NCBI GenBank assembly: GCA_013202845.1
Contig: JABMPT010000005.1
Coordinates: forward strand, 71,308 to 135,307
Source of the DNA: Candidatus Woesearchaeota archaeon
GTDB taxonomy: Archaea > Nanobdellota > Nanobdellia > Woesearchaeales > GCA-2686295
Direction of reading: 5' to 3'
Length of the DNA stretch: 64,000 bases
Under the pieces are notes generated by a model. The model had not been told where the DNA came from, searched no databases, and saw only the letters and a list, made by a program, of their open reading frames with translations. Within the stretch, counting starts at the first letter, position 1, and each line of letters begins with the position of its first letter. Made by a program: the position numbers and the translations under genes. Below are positions 29,898-40,470 of this stretch, in pieces.

Positions 29898-30890
29898 TTA
29901 TAGATTTTTATCGCGCTTCTTTTTGGCAACAATTATGACATTTCCACCAAGGCAAGATTTACTTAATGAATCTGCAAAATTTGTTGCAAAAATATCATTT
30001 TTTAGAAATTCTTTTAAAAATAATCCGAGTTTACTGTTATCAACAGAATTTGATTCAATAAGTTTTTTCACAAATGCAACATCAAAAGAACCATTAGGTG
30101 TGATAGTTTCAATAACATCAAAACCATTATTACTAAACCACTTTTTCAAATTATCACAATTAAAGTAATTAACATGACTAGGAGGACACACCTGTGGATG
30201 ATCATTTCCAGCAACAAACTGCTCAAAACTCTTAACATTTGGAGTTGACATAAACAAATAACCATCATCTTTGACTAACTCATTTAATTTAGCAATAACC
30301 TTTTCAATACTTGGAAGATGTTCCAAACTATCCCATAAAGTAACAATATTGTATTTGCCATCATGCACCATAAAATCCTGGTTATACATCGGAACATCTG
30401 GAAACTTATCAGCAAAAGCCTTGCATCCAGAAGCATTCAAATCAACAACAGTAGGTTTAATGTCCGTGTTTTTTAGAGACTCTACAAAAAAACCAAGAGA
30501 ACCACCAATATCAAGAAGCTTTCCATTTTTAATATGATTAAGAATACGACTAACTCTTTCCTCAAAAATTTTCATACGAGTACATTTTGTTTTTAAAAAA
30601 ACCTCATTTTCAACATCCTTTGCTTTTCCATTATAGTACACACTTAATTGTTCATTTGAAGGATAAGGATTAACAAAACCAAAATCGCAATCAGAACACT
30701 TTGAAATATTGAACTTATTTTTGTTACAATAGTCAAACAACTGTGAAGAACCACACAATGGGCACTTACTCAATTTACTATTTTTATTAGGAATCTGCAA
30801 GATATTTTCAATATCTTCTTTATCAAGATCAACTATTTTTTTTGTAAGCTCTTCTGGATGAATATCTTCGATATCACTAATGTTTATCAT
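29898..30890 (-). CDS. Class I SAM methyltransferase with N-terminal Zn ribbon
   Basis: CPLC..CSDC, LLDIGG, SLEH, STPN. Confidence 0.8.
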   Translation of the reverse strand: MINISDIEDIHPEELTKKIVDLDKEDIENILQIPNKNSKLSKCPLCGSSQLFDYCNKNKFNISKCSDCDFGFVNPYPSNEQLSVYYNGKAKDVENEVFLKTKCTRMKIFEERVSRILNHIKNGKLLDIGGSLGFFVESLKNTDIKPTVVDLNASGCKAFADKFPDVPMYNQDFMVHDGKYNIVTLWDSLEHLPSIEKVIAKLNELVKDDGYLFMSTPNVKSFEQFVAGNDHPQVCPPSHVNYFNCDNLKKWFSNNGFDVIETITPNGSFDVAFVKKLIESNSVDNSKLGLFLKEFLKNDIFATNFADSLSKSCLGGNVIIVAKKKRDKNL

Positions 30891-30984
30891 TTTGATTCAG
30901 AGTTTTATTTTACAATAAATTGATTATAACTGTTAAAGCAAAAATATCAAATTTATATATGTTTTTATTTTATACTCTTAACAA

Positions 30985-32595
30985 TCATATTTTGTTCTTA
31001 ATCGCATCAAATATTCTTTGAGAGACTTTATCATCTAGGGAATATAAGTTTTCACGTACAAATTCTTTCAAAAGTTTAACATTATCTTTTCTAGGAAGCT
31101 TATTCTCAACAAACTGGTTTAAAACATCTTTCAGTTTAGATAATTCTTTTATTTTCACACAAAAAACATCATCAGACTCCTTGTAATCATCAATAAAATA
31201 TCTTGAATTTATATCAATGAAATCTAAAAACACAACCGGTTTATTTAACAAAAAAGACTCAATATCCACTGTAGAGCCTAAACTAAGAACCAAATCAGAG
31301 CCGGTTATTAAAGAATACAAATCAGACTTAGAGCGAGATGAATCATGAATAATATTATTCATTGATAAAGCACCAATCACCTTCTCATAATCCTTTATAT
31401 ACTTCTCACGAGGGTGCGACTTCCAGATAAATTCCAAGTCTCCAAAACTTTTGAAAATCTTAAAGAGGTTAGTAATAATTGCAAAATATTCTGCATGCCC
31501 AATAAAATTTGATTCAACAAACGGAGCTGTTATGAACAAAACTTTTTTCACATATTTCCTGTTGTTTGTCTTTGAATAATTCATGAATTTAACAATCTTA
31601 GATAAAAACAAAGCACCTGTAACCTTTATAATATCTTTATCAACACCTAAAGAGATTAATTTATTCTTAAATAATTTTCCTGGAACAAAATACAAGAATT
31701 TATCTGGAGCAAGAGGATTTATTAAAGCAAGACCATATCCATGAAAGGTTCCGCCTAAATAAATATTTTTCTCTTCAGCAGCTGCAGCAGCACACCTTGA
31801 GAATATATCTCCCACAGCTACAGAATAAAGAAATAAAAAATCAATTTTTTCTTTTGATAATATTTCACAATACAATTTGTAATAAAAAATAACAAAGAAA
31901 ATATTTTCTCTTGAAAGATTAAAATTTAACAAAGGCCTCAAAGAGTTAAATATAGCTTCTGCTCTTGAATCTTCAAATTCGACTTTTTTCAAGAAAGTTT
32001 TCTTTTGAGCAGATAATTTTTTTGATAAGTTCCAAGATTCTAATACCAACTTAAAACTTGCATAGGAATATACAATATTTGGGTATTTTATTAATGAGAA
32101 CAAAGAATTTTTTGAAAAAGGTTCAACAACAGAAAGATAGCTCTCAAAACCTTTTGTGCAGTTAACCAATTTTCTCAAATCTTCAGCTCTATCAAGTTCA
32201 AATCCTGACTTCCCTTTTAATAAAGAATTAGTGTGAGATAAAAACATTATTTTCTTCGAGTTTTTTTTATGATTCACAGATTTATTATAAAAAATCTTTA
32301 CTATAAGCCATTTGGATAACTCACTAAATAATAGCAGTTTTTTGTAAAATATAAGTAAAAAAAAAGCTTTTAAATGATATAAGAGTAATGATTTTTTATT
32401 ATTCAATATATTAGTCACATTATTAAAGTTAAGCATTTTAAATGGAACATGCTCTGAAAGCAAAGACATTCTTAAGAACCACCACAAAGAATGATTATCT
32501 ACAAATAAACTTTCTTGAATAGTCTTTCCACTAAATTTAGTTGTTGAAAACTTTTCTAAAAAAGTTATTAAATCATCTTTTTTTATTTTTTGCAT
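30985..32595 (-). CDS. GT-B-like hypothetical protein (candidate nonulosonate transferase)
   Basis: SLWWF, FHG, VTG, KSHPRE, STVDIE...NKPV pattern seen in capsule/sialyltransferase-like proteins. Confidence 0.5.
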   Translation of the reverse strand: MQKIKKDDLITFLEKFSTTKFSGKTIQESLFVDNHSLWWFLRMSLLSEHVPFKMLNFNNVTNILNNKKSLLLYHLKAFFLLIFYKKLLLFSELSKWLIVKIFYNKSVNHKKNSKKIMFLSHTNSLLKGKSGFELDRAEDLRKLVNCTKGFESYLSVVEPFSKNSLFSLIKYPNIVYSYASFKLVLESWNLSKKLSAQKKTFLKKVEFEDSRAEAIFNSLRPLLNFNLSRENIFFVIFYYKLYCEILSKEKIDFLFLYSVAVGDIFSRCAAAAAEEKNIYLGGTFHGYGLALINPLAPDKFLYFVPGKLFKNKLISLGVDKDIIKVTGALFLSKIVKFMNYSKTNNRKYVKKVLFITAPFVESNFIGHAEYFAIITNLFKIFKSFGDLEFIWKSHPREKYIKDYEKVIGALSMNNIIHDSSRSKSDLYSLITGSDLVLSLGSTVDIESFLLNKPVVFLDFIDINSRYFIDDYKESDDVFCVKIKELSKLKDVLNQFVENKLPRKDNVKLLKEFVRENLYSLDDKVSQRIFDAIKNKI

Positions 32596-32708
32596 CTTTC
32601 GAAAAATATCTTTTGAAAATTAAATTGCTCCTTAATAGCATAGCAAGTTCACATATTTCAATCTAGAAAACAGAAACATATTTAAAAAATCTATTATTTA
32701 TTTACACT

Positions 32709-34259
32709 ATGAAAATCTATATTGTACAGATTGATTATTCTGGATATAATCCAATTGAATTAGTTCTTCCACTTGCGCCATTAATGGTTGGTACGCCTCT
32801 AAAACAAAACGGATTTGAAATTGAAATAGTTCATATTAGTGAAAAAGAGATTAATAAATATGTTAATAAAATAAGTAAAGAAAATCCTTTATTTGTTGGT
32901 TTTTCAGTTATGACTGGAATACAAACGCTACATTCTGCAATTATGTCTAAAGAAATAAAAAAAGTAAGAAAAGATATCACTATTGTATGGGGTGGAGTGC
33001 ATCCTTCAATTTTACCTGATAGTACAATCAAAGCCAATTATGTTGATATAATAGTCAATGGTGAAGGAGAAGAAACAGTTGTTGAACTTGCCAAGCATTT
33101 AAAAGAAAAAAAAGATTTAGAAGAAGTAAAAGGACTTATTTATAAAAAAGGAAGAACAGTTGTAAAAACTCCTAAGAGACCATTCATCATAAATCTTGAT
33201 GATTACACAATAGATTATGAATTGATTGATGTTAATCGATATGCATATACTTCTGGAAAAGCAAAAAGAGTAATTGCATATAGAGCAAGTAGGGGTTGTC
33301 CATTTGACTGTAAATTTTGTTACAATCTTTTATTTAATAACAGAAAAGTCCGAAATTTGTCAGTTGAGAGAGTTGTAAAAGATATTAAATATTTAAAAAA
33401 AAAATATAATATGGATGGAGTAGACTTCTATGATGATCTTTTCTTTACTAACAGAAAAAGAGCAATAGAAATTCTTAAAAAAATTAATATGTATAACACT
33501 TCTGATATAAGAATAGATTTGGTTACTGAAGATTTGGCAAAAGATCTTGTTAAATATAAATCTGAGAATTTACTTATAGGAATGGAATCAGGATCTGATA
33601 GAGTTTTAAATTTGATGTCTAAACGTTGTCCTGTTGAAAAAGCAGAAAGAGGAGTAAGAATTCTATCTAAGTACAGACTAAAAGCCATATATTCATTTAT
33701 GATTGGATTACCAACAGAAACACCTGAAGAAATAAATCAAACTTTAGATTTCATGATGAAAATTAGAAAGATCCATCCAGAAGGAACATTTACTTTGGGA
33801 GTCTATGTTCCATATCCTGGAAGCGACTTATATGAAAGGGCAATAGCTAATGGTTTTAAGGTACCAAAAAATCCTGAAGAATGGGGTGATGTTGAAAGAT
33901 GGAAAAATTTTAAATCACCTTGGATTAACAATGAAGAGGTTTATGTTATAAGAGAGTGTTTTAGATTATTTTCTTTAAATTTATGGCTAATTGATAAAAT
34001 TATGGAAACTAGATTAAAATTTAAATTATTTAAATATCCATTTGAAATATATTTTGTCAATTGGATAATAAGACTTAGTTTAAAACAGACAATACTTGCA
34101 AAAATACTAAGATGGGTACATACTAAAATAACTAGAAAAGAAATGCCTAAATATGATAAAGGTGGAATATTTAGAAGAAAAATAGATAGAGATAAAACAG
34201 AATTTAAGAAAAATGATTTTCGGATGAATCTGGGAAAAGCTCTTCAAAAAAAACAATAA
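32709..34259 (+). CDS. Cobalamin-binding radical SAM protein (class B methyltransferase-like)
   Basis: WGGVHP, GEGE, SRGCPFDCKFC, DDLF, GMESG, GLPTE, PYPGS. Confidence 0.88.
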   Translation: MKIYIVQIDYSGYNPIELVLPLAPLMVGTPLKQNGFEIEIVHISEKEINKYVNKISKENPLFVGFSVMTGIQTLHSAIMSKEIKKVRKDITIVWGGVHPSILPDSTIKANYVDIIVNGEGEETVVELAKHLKEKKDLEEVKGLIYKKGRTVVKTPKRPFIINLDDYTIDYELIDVNRYAYTSGKAKRVIAYRASRGCPFDCKFCYNLLFNNRKVRNLSVERVVKDIKYLKKKYNMDGVDFYDDLFFTNRKRAIEILKKINMYNTSDIRIDLVTEDLAKDLVKYKSENLLIGMESGSDRVLNLMSKRCPVEKAERGVRILSKYRLKAIYSFMIGLPTETPEEINQTLDFMMKIRKIHPEGTFTLGVYVPYPGSDLYERAIANGFKVPKNPEEWGDVERWKNFKSPWINNEEVYVIRECFRLFSLNLWLIDKIMETRLKFKLFKYPFEIYFVNWIIRLSLKQTILAKILRWVHTKITRKEMPKYDKGGIFRRKIDRDKTEFKKNDFRMNLGKALQKKQ

Positions 34260-34363
34260 AAATATTTTTTAGTGTAAATTAAACAATTTGCAAAAGAAAG
34301 TTTTTTGGCAAAATTCTTAGAACCATACATAAAAAAGTAAAAATGATATTATTTAATATAACT

Positions 34364-35005
34364 TCAGATTTTTTCAAGTACAAAAAACAAAAAGTTTGGA
34401 GTAAATTTAGGGTTTTCCTCTTTCAAAATTTTAAATCCGCTCTTTTTTATTTCTTCTTTAATTCTTTTTCTGGAATAACCTATTTTTTCGACTTCCCAAT
34501 AGTGTTCACCATTATATTTATGTTTAATAAAAAGTGGTAGTTTAAAATAAAACGCAAATTGTTTGAAGAGAGGAATTTTAATTAAAAAAGAAAACAAAAG
34601 ACTTGGTTGTGGTAAGGAAATAATGAGATATTTTTTTGTTATATTATTAATTCCTATCAAAGTATTTCTAAAATCTTCAAAAGGTATATGCTCTAAAACT
34701 TCAAAACAAAGAACTAAATCAAAACCATTTTTTTTAAATGGTAATTTTCTGATATCTGCAACTATATCAGGAGAAAGCTTCTTATTTAGATCACAAGTTG
34801 TCACTTCATATCCAAAGTTTTTTAAAACAGTGGTTATAGTATTATCACCAATACCTATATTCAAAATTTTCTTTGATTTTAAGGACAAAACATGATTTAT
34901 TTGTGAAAAATAAGAAATCCATCTATTCAAGTCAAGATAATTTCCTACATAAATATCTTTTTCACTATTTATTTTTGATGAGTTTAAGGAATTTTTCACA
35001 TCCAT
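34364..35005 (-). CDS. Class I SAM-dependent methyltransferase
   Basis: LNIGIG, ADIRKLPF, EVLEH, HYWE; start uncertain. Confidence 0.78.
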   Translation of the reverse strand: MDVKNSLNSSKINSEKDIYVGNYLDLNRWISYFSQINHVLSLKSKKILNIGIGDNTITTVLKNFGYEVTTCDLNKKLSPDIVADIRKLPFKKNGFDLVLCFEVLEHIPFEDFRNTLIGINNITKKYLIISLPQPSLLFSFLIKIPLFKQFAFYFKLPLFIKHKYNGEHYWEVEKIGYSRKRIKEEIKKSGFKILKEENPKFTPNFLFFVLEKI

Positions 35006-36089
35006 CTTTTGAACCAAATTTCTTAAATTGTTTAAAACACTCTTTCGATTTAGTTTTATAGTAATCAATATCATCATACTTTTTAATTGTTTGTATCCAA
35101 GTGTCAAAATCACTGTTAGAATCAATTAAATCTCCTGCTCCTCCTACTGCTTCAGGTATACCTCCCTTTTTGTATGATATTGATGGTATACCAAAAATCA
35201 TTGCTTCTAAAGGAACTCTTCCAAAAGGTTCTTCCCATTCAACTGGATTTAAAAGTAATCTTGATTTTAAATATATCTTGTCAATATTTTCTTCCCAGCC
35301 TAGATATTTAACATTGTTCGTTTTTGACATGCGAATAATATTATCCCATTCCATGAATGTATGACCAATTACCAAAAAATGCTCATGTTTTAAATGTGCA
35401 CATATTTTCAAGAAAAGTTTCAAACCTTTCTGTTTCATAGGTGTAACATAAAGAATATATTTATTTTGTTGAGAATTTACTTTTATTATCTTTTTATCAA
35501 TTGTTGGATAAAGTACAAATATATTCTTATTTGTTTTTTCTTGAAAAACCTTTCTTATAAAATCACTATTTGCAATGATAGTATCTGCCATATTGAAGGA
35601 CTTTGAGAATTTTTTCATGTTTAAATTTATAAAAGGATACTGTAATTTATACAAGAAAGGCAAGTCAAGAAATTTTCTTTTATAATTGCTTGGAAGAGTT
35701 TCATAAGGACATAGAAACTTGTAAGACCTTAAAAAAAGACATGCTTTAACACCGTGTTTTTTTGCAACAAAAATAATAGCTGGCGCGGTGTCAAGGTGAG
35801 TTAACAAAAAATCATATTTCTTATTTTTTACATATTTATCCAAAACCTTATACCACCAATTATTTGCAAAAAACACCCATATATGAGATTTCAATAATCG
35901 TAAAAAAAAAGGTGTTTTTATCTTCATTAGATTTATTCCTTTGTAAGTTACGTTTTCGTTTTCTTTTCCAGGAATAATGGCGTCAATTGTGTGACCCTTT
36001 TTTTTCAATTCTACCATTAAGTTTAAAATACTCTTATCTGAACCTCCAGTTATTGGCAACAATGTTCTTGCTGAAAATAAGAATTTCAT
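34965..36089 (-). CDS. GT4 glycosyltransferase
   Basis: GGS, ANS, QKG, EPFGRVPLEAM. Confidence 0.87.
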   Translation of the reverse strand: MKFLFSARTLLPITGGSDKSILNLMVELKKKGHTIDAIIPGKENENVTYKGINLMKIKTPFFLRLLKSHIWVFFANNWWYKVLDKYVKNKKYDFLLTHLDTAPAIIFVAKKHGVKACLFLRSYKFLCPYETLPSNYKRKFLDLPFLYKLQYPFINLNMKKFSKSFNMADTIIANSDFIRKVFQEKTNKNIFVLYPTIDKKIIKVNSQQNKYILYVTPMKQKGLKLFLKICAHLKHEHFLVIGHTFMEWDNIIRMSKTNNVKYLGWEENIDKIYLKSRLLLNPVEWEEPFGRVPLEAMIFGIPSISYKKGGIPEAVGGAGDLIDSNSDFDTWIQTIKKYDDIDYYKTKSKECFKQFKKFGSKDGCEKFLKLIKNK

Positions 36090-36123
36090 AGTCACAAAAC
36101 AGAATAAATGTATTTAAATACTT

Positions 36124-36753
36124 CTATTTAATAGCATAAACTACAAAACCACAAGGAAAATTTGTTTTTTTTGACCTTATCATCGCAATTACAGGATTAA
36201 AGATATTCAAAAACACACATCTTACTCCTTTATAATTAATCATATGCCATAAAGATTGTATAAGATTTCCATGATGATGTATGTCTATCTTGCTAAACTT
36301 TTTGAATAAAAGATTTAAGGAATCCCAAGTAAATCTATAATAATCATGAGGATGTGGATGATAAGGATGTATAAATCTTGTTGAAAGTATACACACACCT
36401 CCAGGTTTTAAAATCCTATAAATCTCACTTACAACCTTAACAGGATCATGACAATGTTCCAAAACTTCTGTAGCTAATACAACATCAAAATAGTCTGATT
36501 TACATTTAATATCATGAATATCACAACAAATATCTGGTTTGCTATTCTTATCTATATCTAATCTAAGATATTTTTTGAAAGGTGATTTCTTCTTATAAGG
36601 TGAATCACTTGAACCCACATCTAATATAATGCCTGGTTTTAATTTTTTGAATAAAGTATGTAATTCATAATCAAGACCTATTCTGCTAACAGACCTTATT
36701 CTAAGAGTGAAAGCAAACGGTAAGATGTATCTTCTAAAAAATGATTTCTCCAT
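36124..36753 (-). CDS. Class I SAM-dependent methyltransferase (type 11)
   Basis: LDVGS, EVLEH, LKPGG, PHDYYRFT. Confidence 0.85.
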   Translation of the reverse strand: MEKSFFRRYILPFAFTLRIRSVSRIGLDYELHTLFKKLKPGIILDVGSSDSPYKKKSPFKKYLRLDIDKNSKPDICCDIHDIKCKSDYFDVVLATEVLEHCHDPVKVVSEIYRILKPGGVCILSTRFIHPYHPHPHDYYRFTWDSLNLLFKKFSKIDIHHHGNLIQSLWHMINYKGVRCVFLNIFNPVIAMIRSKKTNFPCGFVVYAIK

Positions 36754-36870
36754 TTTCTCAAATTTTTAAACCTCGAGTTTTAATCATTAATAATGTATTT
36801 ATATATTTTATGTAAACCTTTTTATTTCAACAAAACTTTATAAATGAATAATTAAATCTTAAAAAATAAA

Positions 36871-37944
36871 ATGACAGAAAAAGTATCAGTTATTATACTA
36901 ACATGGAACCAGATGGATATTACTATTAGTTGCGTGAAAAGTGTTTTGAAGCAAGATTATAATAATTTTGAAATTTTAATAGTGGACAATGGTTCAACAG
37001 ATAATTCAATTGAGATTTTTGAAAAAGAGTTTGGAAAAAATAAGAAAATAAGTATTTACAATACTAAAAAGAATATTGGCTATGCAGGAGGAAACAACTT
37101 TGGTGTAAGACATGCAAAAGGAAAGTATTATGTCGTTCTGAACAATGACACTCTTGTTGAGAAGGATTGGCTAAAAGAATTGGTTAAAGCAGTAAAATCT
37201 GAAAAAAATATAGGCGCAGTCTCAGCCTTTGAATATAAATATGAAGGTGAAAAATGCATTAACAAAGGATTAGTCACAAATGCTACTGTTCTATATCATG
37301 AAGCTAATGGAAAGAATATAAAATATTACAAAGACTGGGATTATAAAGAAACATTCGGATTAAGAGGTGGCTCTTTTATTGTGAGAAAAGATATTGCTAA
37401 TCCTCCTTTTGATCCAGAGTACTTCATTTACGCTGAAGACTCATATTTAGGGTGGAAACTTAGATTGATGGGTTATAAAAATTTGCTTTCATTCAAAGCA
37501 ATAGTACATCATTACCATAACGCAGTAAGAAGAAAGAACAAACAGATGGATAAATATTTTTCATTTCTTGGAGAGAGAAATCATACAATGAATGTTTTTC
37601 TTTTTTATGAAAGAAAAAATCTAATAAAAATATTGCCAATTCTAATAATGAGCAAATTATTCATCAATATTTACAAACCTTCGAAAATATTGCCTCGTAT
37701 GAAAGCATACACTTGGTTAATACTTAATGCTAAAAAAGTATTGAAAAAAAGAAAACAAATCCAAAAAGTAAGAACCATTGGTGATGAAAAGGTTCTTTCT
37801 ATGCTAAGTGGAATATTCTATTCTGAAGATATAATAAGGAAACCGATTCTGAAAAAAGTAATCAGGTTTTTGAATTTTATTTGTTTGAAATACTGCCAAT
37901 TAGTAAGGTTAAAGACATCAGAATTCTCCAACACAAAGAGTTAA
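36871..37944 (+). CDS. GT2 glycosyltransferase
   Basis: ILTWN, VDNGSTD, GYAGGNN, LNND, YAED. Confidence 0.88.
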   Translation: MTEKVSVIILTWNQMDITISCVKSVLKQDYNNFEILIVDNGSTDNSIEIFEKEFGKNKKISIYNTKKNIGYAGGNNFGVRHAKGKYYVVLNNDTLVEKDWLKELVKAVKSEKNIGAVSAFEYKYEGEKCINKGLVTNATVLYHEANGKNIKYYKDWDYKETFGLRGGSFIVRKDIANPPFDPEYFIYAEDSYLGWKLRLMGYKNLLSFKAIVHHYHNAVRRKNKQMDKYFSFLGERNHTMNVFLFYERKNLIKILPILIMSKLFINIYKPSKILPRMKAYTWLILNAKKVLKKRKQIQKVRTIGDEKVLSMLSGIFYSEDIIRKPILKKVIRFLNFICLKYCQLVRLKTSEFSNTKS

Positions 37945-37959
37945 ACTATTTAGTTCAAT

Positions 37960-39447
37960 CTATCTTTTCAAGATTTTACGAATTAAATTAGAAAATTCTT
38001 TTATTGTAGCAATTCTTAGTAGAATTATTAATATAAGGTATACAATTATTGATATTGATGAAAAAACAATTAACTCCAACCAAGGATTGAGCTCTAGAAC
38101 TTTTCTTAGTAAAAATATTATCAAAACAAAAATCAAACCTGCAAATAGAGTCTTAAGCCACATTTTTATAGGGAATTTTAAAGTTATTATTTTTGACATT
38201 TTTATTGTTCCAAATAGGAATATAGTGAAATAACTAAAAGAAGTAGCTATAGCAGCACCAACAATTCCTAATATAGGTATTAAAACAAAATTTAAAACAA
38301 GATTTAAAATGCTAGCTATTAAGAACATCTTCGTAATATCTTTTGGTCTTCCAATACCTGCCAAAATAGAGTTGTTTATGACTGCAAGTGTATAAAAGAA
38401 AGCGCCAAAAAGAAGTATTTGTAATGCGATGGATCCTGCAACATATTCTTGTCCAAAAAAGAATCTTAAGAATAATTTTGAAAAAGAAAATAACACTAAC
38501 AAAAAAGGTAGGCTGAATATTAATGAATATTTGTGAATTAGATAATTATAATCTCTTAGTTCCTTTTTCTTTTTAAGAGTCCATAACTCACTACTTATTG
38601 GAAAGAGTACACTTCCTGAAGCATGACCAAATATAAAAAGAAGCGTTGCTGTAGGAAGAATAATATTATATACTCCTACTTCTTCAAGAGAACGGAAAAA
38701 AGTCAGCATTATTGTATCCATTCTAGCAATTATCAAACCACCAACAGAAGCTAATAGGATTGGAATTCCAAAAGAAAACAATTTCTTAGCAAGAGAAAAA
38801 GATTTTACAAATTTGTATTTGGAAAATTTGAAGTTTCTAAGTAAAATAGGCCACATTATCAAAGTAGTTATTAAAGCTCCTAGAAAAAAGCTTATTGCAG
38901 GAGATTTGTAATCAAATTTTGTTAACAAAAAAAAAACTATTAGAACTAATGGAACTGTATTCTTCATGAAATTTCTGAGAGAATACATAAAAAAATTCTG
39001 AAGTGCGTAAAGCATGAAAAAAATGGTATCTTGAAACACAGACACTATTAGCCATCCTAAAACAAACCAAAGAACTACCTTTGCTCTGGGATCTCCAAAA
39101 TAATGTAATGCAAGAAAATCATTTATAAAAAATATCACTATAGTAAACAAAGCTACAGAAAACAGTTGTATCATCAAAACATAAAAAAAAGAGGTTTTGA
39201 TTTTAGCAAACTCTTTCTTTACTTTATATTCTGAAACGAATTTTATTAGAGCTCCTCCAAGACCCAAATCTTTGAAAATAGAGAAAAACCCAACAAACGC
39301 AAACACTGAATAAAACAAACCAAAGTCTTTCACAGACAAGTTTCTAGCTAACAAGAACCTCAAAATATATCCTGAGATTGCTGCCATAATTGAAAATATA
39401 AAAATATAGCTAGCTCCTTTCACAATTCTTTTTCCAACATCACTCAT
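37960..39447 (-). CDS. Wzx/MOP-superfamily oligosaccharide flippase
   Basis: About 14 TM segments; LAR.L...DFG, DLGLG, VGVY, GIVGAAIAT. Confidence 0.88.
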   Translation of the reverse strand: MSDVGKRIVKGASYIFIFSIMAAISGYILRFLLARNLSVKDFGLFYSVFAFVGFFSIFKDLGLGGALIKFVSEYKVKKEFAKIKTSFFYVLMIQLFSVALFTIVIFFINDFLALHYFGDPRAKVVLWFVLGWLIVSVFQDTIFFMLYALQNFFMYSLRNFMKNTVPLVLIVFFLLTKFDYKSPAISFFLGALITTLIMWPILLRNFKFSKYKFVKSFSLAKKLFSFGIPILLASVGGLIIARMDTIMLTFFRSLEEVGVYNIILPTATLLFIFGHASGSVLFPISSELWTLKKKKELRDYNYLIHKYSLIFSLPFLLVLFSFSKLFLRFFFGQEYVAGSIALQILLFGAFFYTLAVINNSILAGIGRPKDITKMFLIASILNLVLNFVLIPILGIVGAAIATSFSYFTIFLFGTIKMSKIITLKFPIKMWLKTLFAGLIFVLIIFLLRKVLELNPWLELIVFSSISIIVYLILIILLRIATIKEFSNLIRKILKR

Positions 39448-39504
39448 GACTACCGATAATGGAACTCGACTTTTAAAAGTATCTATTAGAAACAAATTAA
39501 TGAT

Positions 39505-40470
39505 TTAATAATCACTATTACTATCATGGTTCTTAACCATCGGAAGTATCTTAAACCATTCAATGGTTCTTTTCAAACCTTCTTCCAACTCAATCCCAGG
39601 TTTCCAACCTAACAATTCGCGTGCTTTTGAAATATCAGGTCTTCTTTTAGTTGGATCATCTACAGGTAATTCCTTAAATACAAGTTTTGACTTTGATCCT
39701 GTTAATTTCCTTATCATACTTGCAAGCTGCAATATTGTGAATTCCTTAGGGTTTCCAAGATTCTTTGGTCCAACATAGTTTGAATCCATCATCAGCATCA
39801 GACCTCGCACAAGATCATCAACAAAGCAGAAGCTTCTTGTCTGTTTGCCATCACCATATATTGTTAAAGGCTCATCCATCAAAGCTTGTCTTATAAAGTT
39901 TGAAATTACTCTTCCATCTCCTGGCCTAAGTCTAGGTCCATATGTGTTGAATATTCTTACTATTTTTATATCTGCGTTCATCTCTCTGTGATATGCCATA
40001 AGCAAAGCTTCACCGAATCTCTTGCTTTCATCATAACAACTTCTCACACCTACAGGATTAACATTGCCCCAGTAAGTCTCTTTTTGAGGGTGCTCTTTTG
40101 GTTCTCCATAGGCTTCGCTTGTCGAGCTGAATAAAATTGTGGCTTTCTTTTTCAGGGCTAGTTTAGCCATATTATATGTTCCTACAGAATTTGTAAGAGC
40201 TGTGGCAGTTGGAAATTTCTGATAGTCAATTGGACTTGCTCTAGAAGCTAAATGGTATATCTGATCTATTCGCCCTCTTATATTAAAAGATTTAATAACA
40301 TCATGTTTTATGAACTTGAAATTCTTCTTTTTAAGAAGATGATGAATATGATACATATGACCTGTTGCTAGATTGTCCACACATATTACCTTATTTCTTT
40401 GCTCTATAAGGACATCACATAGATGACTGCCTATAAATCCTGCTCCACCAGTAACTAAGATTCGTTTCAT
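39505..40470 (-). CDS. UDP-glucuronate decarboxylase (UDP-xylose synthase)
   Basis: GGAGFIGSH, HLASRASP, STSE, YWGNVNP.G.RSCYDESKR. Confidence 0.92.
   Translation of the reverse strand: MKRILVTGGAGFIGSHLCDVLIEQRNKVICVDNLATGHMYHIHHLLKKKNFKFIKHDVIKSFNIRGRIDQIYHLASRASPIDYQKFPTATALTNSVGTYNMAKLALKKKATILFSSTSEAYGEPKEHPQKETYWGNVNPVGVRSCYDESKRFGEALLMAYHREMNADIKIVRIFNTYGPRLRPGDGRVISNFIRQALMDEPLTIYGDGKQTRSFCFVDDLVRGLMLMMDSNYVGPKNLGNPKEFTILQLASMIRKLTGSKSKLVFKELPVDDPTKRRPDISKARELLGWKPGIELEEGLKRTIEWFKILPMVKNHDSNSDY

Noticed and set aside
34285..34315. Imperfect inverted repeat between convergent genes, as a terminator
   Set aside because: Weak, AT-rich and mismatched; expected by chance at this composition.
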